Source: an uncultured Acidobacteriota bacterium
GTDB taxonomy: Bacteria; Acidobacteriota; Thermoanaerobaculia; UBA5066; DATFVB01
Direction: 5' to 3'
NCBI GenBank assembly: GCA_963813155.1
Contig: CAWEYG010000003.1
Location: 256,001 to 320,000 of the forward strand
Length of the DNA stretch: 64,000 nucleotides
The number at the start of each line of letters is the position of its first letter. Within the stretch, counting starts at the first letter, position 1. The notes under the pieces are model-generated. The model had not been told where the DNA came from and searched no databases. It saw only the letters and a list, made by a program, of their open reading frames with translations. Below, piece by piece: positions 45,681 through 58,651 of the stretch. The position numbers were made by a program, and so were the translations under genes.

Positions 45681-45756
45681 CCCTAACAACTGCGCCCAGC
45701 GGACTTCGGCCCGCGGCTTCGCCGCGGCCCTCGCCGCTGACGCTCATCCGTTAGGT
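45681..45756 (+). repeat. attC 12 (long type)
   Basis: CCCTAAC..CAGCGG..GGCCCGCGGCTTCGCCGCGGCCC..CCGCTG..GTTAGGT. Confidence 0.85.
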
Positions 45757-45766
45757 GCCAAGAAGT

Positions 45767-46114
45767 ATGGCATTCGCTGAGATCGAACTTGCTAAGTACC
45801 GGCGCACTCTCGACGCCTGGATCGAGAAGAATCGACCGCCCCCAGAAGTCCGGCCGAAGCTCGATTTCGGGTACCGCATCGCCGGGCAGAGTGTCGAACT
45901 CTTTGAAATTCGCTCGACCTTCGGCCGCCCCGGTGAGAAGCGCGAGAACCCCTTTGCCAAAGCGACGTGGAACAGGAGCCGTGGCGTCTGGCAAGTTTAT
46001 TGGCAGCGGGCGGATCTCAAATGGCATTCTTATCAACCGGTGAAGGCCGTAGGAACGCTGGATAAGTTTCTCCAGACGGTTCGCGAGGACAAATATGCAT
46101 GCTTTTTTGGCTAG
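45767..46114 (+). CDS. Cassette 13: DUF3024 domain protein
   Basis: RPPPEVRPKLDFGYRI..SVELFEIR..AKATW..WQVYWQRADLKWHSY..DKYACFFG. Confidence 0.85.
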   Translation: MAFAEIELAKYRRTLDAWIEKNRPPPEVRPKLDFGYRIAGQSVELFEIRSTFGRPGEKRENPFAKATWNRSRGVWQVYWQRADLKWHSYQPVKAVGTLDKFLQTVREDKYACFFG

Positions 46115-46126
46115 GCCCGGCGCGGC

Positions 46127-46187
46127 CCCTAACATCGGCGTCCAGCGGATGTCGCTGCGCGCCACCGCTGACGCCGGGTCGTTGGGG
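46127..46187 (+). repeat. attC 13
   Basis: CCCTAAC...GTTGGGG. Confidence 0.9.
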
Positions 46188-46195
46188 AGCCGAAG

Positions 46196-46762
46196 ATGAC
46201 GAATCGGTCGATCGCCGGTCTCGTTTTCAAGGTCTGGGGAATCATTTGGATCGTGTCGGCGGCATCATCGGTCGGCAGCGTAACGGCGCTCCTCATGGCC
46301 TCCTCGCCGCCCGGACCTGAGAATGTGATGATGCACTGGACCAAGATGTCTTACGTTTTCGGTACAGTGTCACTGCTGGCCGCCGGAATCGCTTTGTCGT
46401 GCTTTGCCAGTCGAATATCCCGCAGTCTTTTTCCGACGGAAGAGCCTGTCCACCTTGATTTCAGCGCGGCAGCGCTTCAAGCCGCTTTATTCGCCGTTCT
46501 CGGAATCCATTTTGCGATCCGTGCTCTTCCTGGGGTCGTCTCCATCGTTTACGTGCTTCGCACGAAGCCATCTTGGGACGCGCAGTCAGCCGCGTCGTAC
46601 GCGTGGGACCGCAAGCGCGAAGCGGTTCTCAGCTCCACCGTGGAGCTAATCGCGGGCGTAACGCTATTCTTCTCCAGCAACGCCCTGAGTAGCCTCTGGC
46701 GTCGGTTGCGCCCGCTCTCGGAAACCCCTCAGCCGGCCGATCCTCCCAAAGAGGCCGAATGA
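46196..46762 (+). CDS. Cassette 14: four-TM membrane protein
   Basis: 188 aa, hydrophobic, ends ..LSSLWRRLR... Confidence 0.7.
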   Translation: MTNRSIAGLVFKVWGIIWIVSAASSVGSVTALLMASSPPGPENVMMHWTKMSYVFGTVSLLAAGIALSCFASRISRSLFPTEEPVHLDFSAAALQAALFAVLGIHFAIRALPGVVSIVYVLRTKPSWDAQSAASYAWDRKREAVLSSTVELIAGVTLFFSSNALSSLWRRLRPLSETPQPADPPKEAE

Positions 46763-46772
46763 GATCGCGGCT

Positions 46773-46833
46773 CCCCAACACTGGCGTGCAGCGGATGGCA
46801 CTTCGCTCCATTGCTGACGCCGGGTCGTTAGGC
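46773..46833 (+). repeat. attC 14
   Basis: CCCCAAC...GTTAGGC. Confidence 0.9.
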
Positions 46834-46838
46834 GGCCG

Positions 46839-47243
46839 GTGAAACGCGGAGGTGGAAAGCTGGTGGGCCTGCTTCTCCTGCCCGCCATTGTCCTGATCGC
46901 CGATTTTGTTGTTCGACAGGTTTTTCATCCATACGGCGCCGCCCGAATTACGTTGAACGTTGTCCACGCAGCGGTTGTTGTCTGGGCAGGATTTCGAATG
47001 ACGAGATCCGGATTCAATATGTCGCAAGCCGCATGGGTCGGTGTAGGTCTTCTATTTTTTGATCTGGTCGTCGTCGCAGGGCCATTCTTCGCAATTAGGG
47101 GCCTGGCAGTTCCAGGTGGTTGGAGGTCAGCGCTAGGCGGCGGCGTGGTTGCTTCGGTGTTCGGTGCTCCCTTGGCAGCAGCACTGGCCGCCCTAGGTGG
47201 GCTCGCCGGGCGAAAATGGAGGCCTACCAGTGCGGCCGTCTAA
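46839..47243 (+). CDS. Cassette 15: four-TM membrane protein related to cassette 6
   Basis: WAGFRM..SQAAWVG..FD..GGLAGRK; TAA in the inverse core. Confidence 0.65.
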   Translation: MKRGGGKLVGLLLLPAIVLIADFVVRQVFHPYGAARITLNVVHAAVVVWAGFRMTRSGFNMSQAAWVGVGLLFFDLVVVAGPFFAIRGLAVPGGWRSALGGGVVASVFGAPLAAALAALGGLAGRKWRPTSAAV

Positions 47244-47301
47244 CATTGGCTTGCAGCGGACTTCGGCCTGCGGCCTTGCCGCTGAAGCCGGGTCGTTCGG
47301 C
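47238..47301 (+). repeat. attC 15
   Basis: GTCTAAC...GTTCGGC. Confidence 0.9.
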
Positions 47302-47317
47302 AACCCAATCTCCGTGA

Positions 47318-47624
47318 TCAGCTGCGGCGTCGCCAGTAGCCCGGGCGCCGCCTCGTGTGCGCGACGGCCCAGACGATCAGGTCGTCGCCTCGTCGCTCGA
47401 AATGGAGAACGTACGGGAAGCGGCTCAGCGGCACCTTGCGGAACGTCGTGGTCCTCGACCTTGGTCGGTGTTCCTGGGAGCATTCCGGAGGCAGCCTTAT
47501 CGACGTAGTCGTCGACCTCCGCCTGAAAATCCACACCGAGCCCCGGTCGGGCATTTTCGTAGCGTGTCGCGGCCGCGAGGTACTCGTCGCGAGCAGCCTC
47601 GTGAAATCGAACTCGCGCGCTCAA
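47318..47624 (-). CDS. Cassette 16: RelE/ParE family toxin (one frameshift)
   Basis: FHEAARDEY..YENARPGLGVDF....SRFPYVLHF..IVWAVAHTRRRPGYW. Confidence 0.85.
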
Positions 47625-47857
47625 CCGCGCTTCAGGGCTTTCGAAACTTCGGCCTTGACCGTCTTTCCATCGATCAGGAGCGCCTTATCGGCGTCGGACT
47701 CCCGCACCCGGCTCTCGACTTCGGCGTCCCAGGCAGCCTCAACGCCGGCGTCGGGCTCGCCGTCAAGGCTGGCGATCAGCTCAGAAGCCAGTTTCGCGCG
47801 GTCTTCCCTGGGCAACTTCAAGGCTGTGTCGAGCAGGGTTCCCGCGGATGGGCTCAT
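47621..47857 (-). CDS. Cassette 16: addiction module antitoxin
   Basis: ALKLPREDRAKLASELIASLD..VEAAWDAEVESR; stop overlaps the toxin start. Confidence 0.85.
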   Translation of the reverse strand: MSPSAGTLLDTALKLPREDRAKLASELIASLDGEPDAGVEAAWDAEVESRVRESDADKALLIDGKTVKAEVSKALKRG

Positions 47858-47886
47858 GACCCTCATTCTAACCCGGCGGGCGAGGT

Positions 47887-47962
47887 GCCGAACATCGGCT
47901 TGCAGCGGTCATTCGCTTTCGCCTTGCTTCGGTCGGCTGCCGCTGAAGCCGGATCGTTCGGG
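47887..47962 (+). repeat. attC 16 (long type, last in array)
   Basis: GCCGAAC..GGCTTGCAGCGG..CCGCTGAAGCC..GTTCGGG. Confidence 0.85.
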
Positions 47963-48030
47963 CGGTCGGAAACACGCTGATGGTTAAGCGGCGCAACGCA
48001 GCGATCAGCATCGAGCGACCCGGTCGCTGA

Positions 48031-48288
48031 ATGCAGTTCCTTCGCGAGTTGCGGGATCGAATCCGATCGGGCGAGATCACCTGCACCGTTCGCCTGTGGC
48101 AGCGCTCGCATGTGAAGGTCGGGGGGCGGTACTCGCTACCCCCTGGACACGTCGTCGTGACCGGCACTACCGAGATGTCACTGGACGACATCACGCCGTC
48201 TCTTGCGCGGCGATCCGGATTCGTCGGAGTGGTCGATCTCCTCAAGACGGCGAAGCACGGGCCTGGACCGCCGGGTTTTTCTGATTGA
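48031..48288 (+). CDS. ASCH/PUA-like hypothetical protein (3' end uncertain)
   Basis: IRSGEITCTVRLW..VKVGGRY..ITPSLARRSGF. Confidence 0.55.
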   Translation: MQFLRELRDRIRSGEITCTVRLWQRSHVKVGGRYSLPPGHVVVTGTTEMSLDDITPSLARRSGFVGVVDLLKTAKHGPGPPGFSD

Positions 48289-48339
48289 ATTCCTCTATGA
48301 GGCGGCCGGCAAACGGCGGGCGAGCTGGCGGCCTGCCCG

Positions 48340-48736
48340 ATGAGCGCTCGCGGTGTTCGCGTTTCCGACGCCCGGAAGATGCTCCTGAAGCTTGACGGCG
48401 TCGTCGAAGGCACGTCGTACCGGATGCCTTCGTTCCTCGTGAACGGCCGGTTCTTCGCGCGATTCCGCGACGACGATACGGTCCTGGTCCTGCAGCTCAA
48501 GGCGATCGCCGACCGGGACGTTCTGATGGAGATCGATCCGCAGGCGTTCTTTTTCACCGACGCACTACCGGAACTACCCCGCCGTTCTCGTCCGGCTCGC
48601 CGAAGTCCGGCGGTCGCTCTTGGAAGATGTCGTCAAGGAAGCGTGGCGGCACGTGTCGACCCTTCCTCCGGCCCGGCCGCGGCCGAAACCCGCGCGACCC
48701 CGTCCTCGGAAACCGCGAAAGCCGAAGCTGAACTAG
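48340..48736 (+). CDS. MmcQ/YjbR family protein (one frameshift)
   Basis: EGTSYRMPSFLVNGRFFAR..DPQAFFFTDHYRNYPAVLVRL..EAWR. Confidence 0.75.
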
Positions 48737-48745
48737 CCGTCGGCG

Positions 48746-50643
48746 CTCATCTGCGCCCGACTTTCGCGGGATCCGGGATGGGCGCGGGCGCGAGGCAGCC
48801 GCCTCTCCTCGTCGCGCAGCCGCCCGTGGCGCGGCCTCCCAGTTCGCCGCGAGCGCCGCCGCATCGAGCGAGCCGAGCCCCGTCGTCTGGTCGTAGCCCG
48901 CGCCGGAGGAATAGCCGGTGACTCCCGGCACGCTGTTGTCGCCCTCGACGACGTCGTGGAAGACCGCCGCGCCTCCGCGCGCGAACTGGTTCGCGCCGAG
49001 CCGGTAGAGGTTCGGGTTGATGTTGCCCTGCCGCTCGCCTGTCTTCTGGACGATCAGCGCCATGATCCCCGCCATCGAAGGCGTCGAGACGGACGTTCCC
49101 TCCGCTCCGGAGAGGCCGGACGAAGAGGCGGACGCGCCCTGGACGATGAGGTACGGAACGCTCCCGGCCGCCGCGAACGAGATGTCCGGCACCTGTCGCC
49201 GGCCGCCGGCGGCGATGCCGGGAACCCCCTGTTGCCAGGACGGCTGCGGAACAGCGTGCTGGTGCCGCCGCCGGTCGACCAGAGGCCCGAACCGCCGGGC
49301 GTCTTTCCGCTCTCGTTCCACGCGGCTTCGGGAATGTAGGACAGCGCGGAGCCGAGCCGCGCGTCGCTGGAGTCGGCCCAGTACCGGCCCGGGTCGCCGT
49401 GGTCGTCGAACTGGGTGCCGCCGACGCAGACGTCGTTCGGGGTCGTGCACAGCCCCGAGACCGCCCTTCCCGAGCCCTCCGAATCGTCGGCGGTGCTGCA
49501 GGCCGACGCGCCGCTGTCCATGGACGCGACGAACACGGTCATTCCCTGGGCCGCGGCCTGGGCCCAAAGGTTCTTGTACAGCGCGCTCGCCGCGGTGCCC
49601 ATCTCGGCCTCGCAGTTTCCGAAGCTGACCGACACGATCGGCGCCAGGTTCTGGTCCACGATGTACTGCGCGGACAGGTCGATACCGTCGGTCGCGGCCG
49701 TCGACCCGGAGACGACGAGTTTCACGGCCGCGTTCGGGGCGATCGCCCCGGACCACTCCACGTCCAGGTCCGCTTCGAACTCTTCGTACCCGCCGAGATT
49801 GCCCGGCGAAGGCCCGTTGCGCACGAGGACGGGATCGTTCGCGGGAAGGCCGAACAGTTTTCGAAAAGCCGAGACGTCCGCGACGGAGATTTCCGTCCGA
49901 CCCGCGATCGCGATCGTCACGCCGGCCGCCGTCACGCCCGCCGCGTGCAGCGGCGCGACGCCGTAGATCGTCGCGAAGTCCTCGGGAGCGAGAGCGCGGT
50001 CGGCAGAACCGCCGCCGTAAGCGAGGCTTCGGGCAGCGGAGGTTCGATGGCTCATCGGCCGCCGCGAGGCGCTTCCGAGCGAGGCAAGGCCGGCGACCAA
50101 TCCGGAGATTTCGCGGGGCATCGTCAGGGAATCCACTCGAACGGGGCGCTCGCCCTCCGCATTCGAGAACGTGTGGATCCTCGTTCCGAAAGCCGACTCC
50201 ACGCGCGAGACGGGCCCCGAGACGTTGATCCACCCGCGTCCCTGGCCGATCTCGTCGATCGTCAGCCCCTTCTGCTCCAGCCAGGCTGCGACTCGCGACT
50301 TCGTCGTCGGTGATCCCGAAGCGGCGGCCGAATTCCGCCGGCGCGAGCCAGCGGTGATACTCGGCGGAGGCGGGGTGCTGCTGGGCCTCCAGGAAACTTT
50401 CCAGTCTCGCATTCGCCTCGGGCGAACGGGTCAGAACGAGGATCATGCGGTCGAGCGGGGCGTCCAGGGCCGCCGGCCCGAGGTCGACGGCATCGACCGG
50501 GACGGCGATCCTCTCCGCGAGACGAACGGAATCCGCCTTCGAAGACGGCGACGCCGCCGCGGAAGAGTCGCGGGCGACGCGCCCGCGGCGCAGGCCGCGA
50601 CGACGCCCAGAACGATTTTCAGCCGAGTCGGCACAGATCTCAT
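48746..50643 (-). CDS. S53 (sedolisin/kumamolisin) peptidase with prodomain (frameshifted; 3' end approximate)
   Basis: Signal peptide, QQHPASAEYHRWL, EADLDVEW, DSG, GTSVSTP and GYDQTTGLGS motifs. Confidence 0.85.
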
Positions 50644-50848
50644 CGGATTCCCCCTTTGCACCTCCCGTGAAAGAGCAGGATCGGGGCCCTCGAGAACGGG
50701 ACGTCCGAACGAAGGCCAACTCCCGGCGAAAGCGGCAGATCGCCGTTCGGGAGAAACCGAGAGGTCGGCTCGCTTCCCGCAGCGGGAGCGGAATTCTGGA
50801 AAGGAGACCCGAGCCTCGCTCGAATAGAATCGAACGCGGGAGGAAACG

Positions 50849-51292
50849 ATGCCCAACACGATCCGTCTTCACCGGGTGCTCCGGACCACGCCCGAGAGGG
50901 TCTATCGGGCGTTCCTGGACCCCGACGCGATGGCGAAATGGCTTCCGCCGAACGGATTCACCGGCAAGGTCCACCAGATCGACGCGAAGGTCGGCGGGAC
51001 CTACAAGATGTCGTTCACGAACTTCACGAGCGGCCAGAGCCACTCCTTCGGCGGAAAGTACGTCGAGCTGGTGCCGAATGAGCGCATCCGCTACACGGAC
51101 CAGTTCGACGACCCGAACCTGAAGGGCGAGATGCAGGCGACGATCACGCTGAAGAAGGTGTCGGTCGGGACCGAGCTCCAGATCGTGCAGGAAGGCGTCC
51201 CGGACCTCATCCCCGCCGAGGCCTGCTACCTCGGCTGGCAGGAATCCCTGACGCTGCTGGCGAAGCTCGTCGAGGCCGAGATCCCGGGCTAA
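50849..51292 (+). CDS. SRPBCC/AHSA1-like domain protein
   Basis: PERVYRAFLDPDAMAKW..VGGTYKMSF..GWQESL. Confidence 0.85.
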   Translation: MPNTIRLHRVLRTTPERVYRAFLDPDAMAKWLPPNGFTGKVHQIDAKVGGTYKMSFTNFTSGQSHSFGGKYVELVPNERIRYTDQFDDPNLKGEMQATITLKKVSVGTELQIVQEGVPDLIPAEACYLGWQESLTLLAKLVEAEIPG

Positions 51293-51309
51293 AGGGAACC
51301 CGGCCGTTC

Positions 51310-55440
<4,131 letters not shown>

Positions 55441-55448
<8 letters not shown>

Positions 55449-57228
55449 GCGCGGCCGAGCGCCTGCCCTTCGAAGCGACCCGGGACGGGGCCCCCTTCTT
55501 TCGGGCCGGGGGCTTTCCCTCCCCCGCCCCGTCGTAGAACGACGACAGCGCCGACACGATCCCCCGGGCAACGGATTCCCGGTACTTGCGCGTCTGGATG
55601 AGCGCGAGGTCTTCCTCGTTGTTGAGGTTGCAGACTTCCACGAGCGCTCTCGCGGGAACTTCGTTGTAGCGAATCACCGCCGGCACCCACTGGCGGCCGG
55701 AGCGGATGACGCTTTCGCGAATCGGCTGAAACGCGTGGACGGGAAGGTTGTCGTGGCGGAACGCGCCGACGATCTTCTCCGCGAGCCCCCGCGATACTCC
55801 CTCGGCCTCGAGTCTTTCGCGGCGGGAGAACGAAACCCGCGGAGCCTGCCGGTATTCCCGCCGGGCCTCGTAAATCGATCCCGACTTTCCGAAAGAGTCC
55901 TTCAGGAACTTTTCGCCGGGGATGTAGACCATCGCGCCGCGCACCGAGGGGTGGAGAGAGTCCGCGTGGAACGAGAGGAACACGACGTGAGCGGCGTCCC
56001 CGCCGCGCGAAATGACGGACCGGAGGAGCGAGTTCGAGAGGTACCAGCGCAGGTGCACGCCGGGGACGGTGTCGTCGATGGGGTACGGCGGGCTCGTCAT
56101 GACGCGGCCGCCGGAGGAAGCCGAGAGCCGGTCCCTATCCGTCGCGCCGGAAACCGACGGATCCTCGACCGTGACGACGACGCGCGCCCGTGTGTTCTTC
56201 CGCAGGAGCGCCGCCGTGCGCATCGTGATGTCGTAGACGTAGCGCGATTCCGCGACGCCCGACACGAGCGCGCCGGTGTCGCGGCCCCCGTGCCCCGGAT
56301 CGAGGATCACGGTGACGCCCTCGAGGTCCGCGGCCTTGAGGCGATTCACGAACTGCGCCGCCTCGAGCTTCGAGTGCTCGTACGCGATCCGCTTCGGGTC
56401 GTCCGAGGAACGGTAATCCGGCAGGAGATCGTCGACCGGAATCCGGATCTCGTATCCGACCGGTATCGCGTGCACGTTCGCGACGCCGCTTCGCTCGGCG
56501 ATCTTCTGCGCCTCGGCGTTGACCTCTTCGGCGTACACGAGCCCGGTGAACCGGACGACGACCGCCGAATAGAGGGCTTCCCCCTTCTGGAGGCGGTACG
56601 ACGCGTACGGTCCCTTCGCGTCTTTCCCGAACGAAAGAGGAGGCGGCCCCGTCACTTCCTTCGCGACCGCCTCCGCTCGAAAAACGGGCAGCAGGAGGTC
56701 GATCGGGATCTTCAGCTTCTGGCCCTTTTCGGTTTCCAGCGAGGTCACGGCGTTGGCCTTCTTGATCTTTTCGTAGTTCGCGCCGTCCCCGGTGAACCAC
56801 TCCGCGATCCGCCAGAGGCTCTCCGGCTCGCCGGAGAGGCCCGCGACCGTGTGCGTCCAGCCCTCCGACGACGCGCTGTCGCCCGAGAAGAGCGCCTGCA
56901 TGGCGATCTTCTTGTAGTTGCCGGACAGCAGCTCGTAGGGAACGCGGAGAAAGATCGCCTGGTGGAGGACGTCGCTCTCCTTGTTGAGCGACAGGATTCG
57001 CGCCTTCGTCGCCGGATCTTCCGTGAAGCGGCGAACGAAGGCGTTGATGCCTTCTCCCGGCAGCGGTTTGGCGAAGAGGTAGACGAGGTCTCCGCGCGCC
57101 ATGCCGACCTTCAGCTCGTCCGAAATGACGACCGTCTTGGAAAACTCGGGCTCTTCCGCCGCGCCGCCCGCGACCGCGAGCGCGCAGAAGGCCAGAACGA
57201 GGCTAGGCCGCGATCGGAGGAACCGCAT
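55441..57228 (-). CDS. N-acetylmuramoyl-L-alanine amidase (Amidase_3) with LysM-like domains
   Basis: ESLWRIAEWFTG, YRLQKGEALYS, ILDPGHGGRD, FLSFHAD and LVEVCNL motifs. Confidence 0.85.
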
Positions 57229-58651
57229 CCGTGAAACGCGTCTCCCGTTCGTAAGCCGCCGCCGCGGCGAACACCGAATCGTCGCGGCCGCGGTCGGCGA
57301 CGATCTGAAGTCCGAGGGGCAGGCCCGAGGCCGCCGGGCCCGACGGCACCGAGATCGCGGGAAGTCCCGCGAGGGAGGCCGGCGTCGTGAAGATGTCGGA
57401 GAGGTACATGGAAACCGGATCGTCCGCTTTTTCGCCGAACCGGAATGCCGGGCCGGGAACCGTCGGCGTCACGATCACGTCCACCTGGGAAAAGGCCTCT
57501 CGGAAATCCGCGCGCAGCAGGGCGCGAGCGCGCTCCGCCCGGCGGTAGTACTCGTCGGCATATCCCGCGGAGAGAACGAAGGTCCCCAGGAGAATCCTGC
57601 GCTTGACCTCTTCGCCGAATCCGAGCGTCCGCTGTTCCGTGTAGAACTCCTCCACGGTCGGCATCTCCACGCGGGGTCCGTATCGGATCCCGTCGTAGCG
57701 GGCGAGGTTGGAGGACGCTTCGGCATTCGCGACGACGTAGTAGATCGGAATCGCGTACGGCGCGCGCGGGACGGACACTTCCCGAACCGTCGCGCCGAGG
57801 CTCCGCAGGACGTCGACCGCGCGGGAGAAGTTCTTCTCGACCTCGGGGTCGAGCTCGCCGTTCACCGCCTCCTTCAGCACCCCGATCTTCATTCCGCGGA
57901 TCCCCTGCCGGACCGCGCCGACGGGATCGCCGACGGGCTCTCGCAGCGACGTGGAATCGCGCGGGTCGGGCCCGGCCATCGCGGCGTAGATCCTCGCGGC
58001 GTCTTCGACCGAGGTCGCGATCGGCCCGATCTGGTCCAGCGAGGACGCGAACGCGATGAGCCCGTATCTCGATACCCTGCCGTAAGTGGGCTTGTAGCCC
58101 ACGACTCCGCACAGGGCCGCGGGCTGGCGCACCGAGCCGCCCGTGTCCGACCCGAGCGCCACCGGGACCTCCCGGGCCGCGACGGCGGCCGCGCTGCCCC
58201 CGGACGACCCGCCCGGCACCCGCTCGGGATCCCAGGGGTTGCGGGTGAGTTGGAACGCGGAGTTCTCCGTCGAGGAGCCCATCGCGAATTCATCGAGGTT
58301 CGTCTTGCCCGCGATCACCGCACCGGCGGCCTTGAGCCGCTCCACGGCCGTCGCGTCGTAGCCCGGCGAGAAACCGCGGAGAATCTTCGACGCGCAGGTG
58401 GCCGTGTAGCCCGAGACCGCCATGTTGTCCTTCACCGCGACGAGCACCCCGGCGAGCGGAAGATTCTCCCGGGCGCTCGCCCGGCGATCCACCTCCCGGG
58501 CGTCCGCGAGGACGCGGTCCTCCTCGAACGAGAGGAACGCCCGAATGCCCGGTTCTCGTTCCGCCATGCGCGCGAGCGCCTCTCGCGCGAATTCCTCCGC
58601 GGAGTGCCGGCGCGAGGTCACCGCGGCGGCAATCTCGACGATCGAGCTCAC
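57203..58651 (-). CDS. gatA: Glu-tRNA(Gln) amidotransferase subunit A
   Basis: GKTNLDEFAMGSSTENS, GGSSGGSA, GSDTGGSVRQPA and GFGEEVKRRILLG motifs. Confidence 0.95.
   Translation of the reverse strand: MSSIVEIAAAVTSRRHSAEEFAREALARMAEREPGIRAFLSFEEDRVLADAREVDRRASARENLPLAGVLVAVKDNMAVSGYTATCASKILRGFSPGYDATAVERLKAAGAVIAGKTNLDEFAMGSSTENSAFQLTRNPWDPERVPGGSSGGSAAAVAAREVPVALGSDTGGSVRQPAALCGVVGYKPTYGRVSRYGLIAFASSLDQIGPIATSVEDAARIYAAMAGPDPRDSTSLREPVGDPVGAVRQGIRGMKIGVLKEAVNGELDPEVEKNFSRAVDVLRSLGATVREVSVPRAPYAIPIYYVVANAEASSNLARYDGIRYGPRVEMPTVEEFYTEQRTLGFGEEVKRRILLGTFVLSAGYADEYYRRAERARALLRADFREAFSQVDVIVTPTVPGPAFRFGEKADDPVSMYLSDIFTTPASLAGLPAISVPSGPAASGLPLGLQIVADRGRDDSVFAAAAAYERETRFTDAVPPIAA

Larger units (their letters stand above)
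39128..47962 (+). mobile_element. Chromosomal integron: intI, attI and 16 gene cassettes
   Basis: IntI plus 16 related attC hairpins about 350-660 bp apart, each delimiting one gene (two in the last cassette). Cassette DNA is visibly less GC-rich than the flanks. Confidence 0.95.

Noticed and set aside
40706-47962. Regularly recurring ~60-bp repeats as a CRISPR array
   Set aside because: The intervening segments are 300-600 bp genes, the repeats have attC core/inverse-core structure, an integron integrase is adjacent and no cas genes are present.
48031-48760. ASCH-like and MmcQ/YjbR genes as a 17th cassette
   Set aside because: No attC palindrome follows them; CGCCCGAC near 48754 lacks the AAC and the L boxes.
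50650-50830. Structured intergenic region as a riboswitch or ncRNA
   Set aside because: Hairpins are present (e.g. GCTTCCCGCAGCGGGAGC) but I recognise no conserved aptamer motif; an Rfam scan would be needed.
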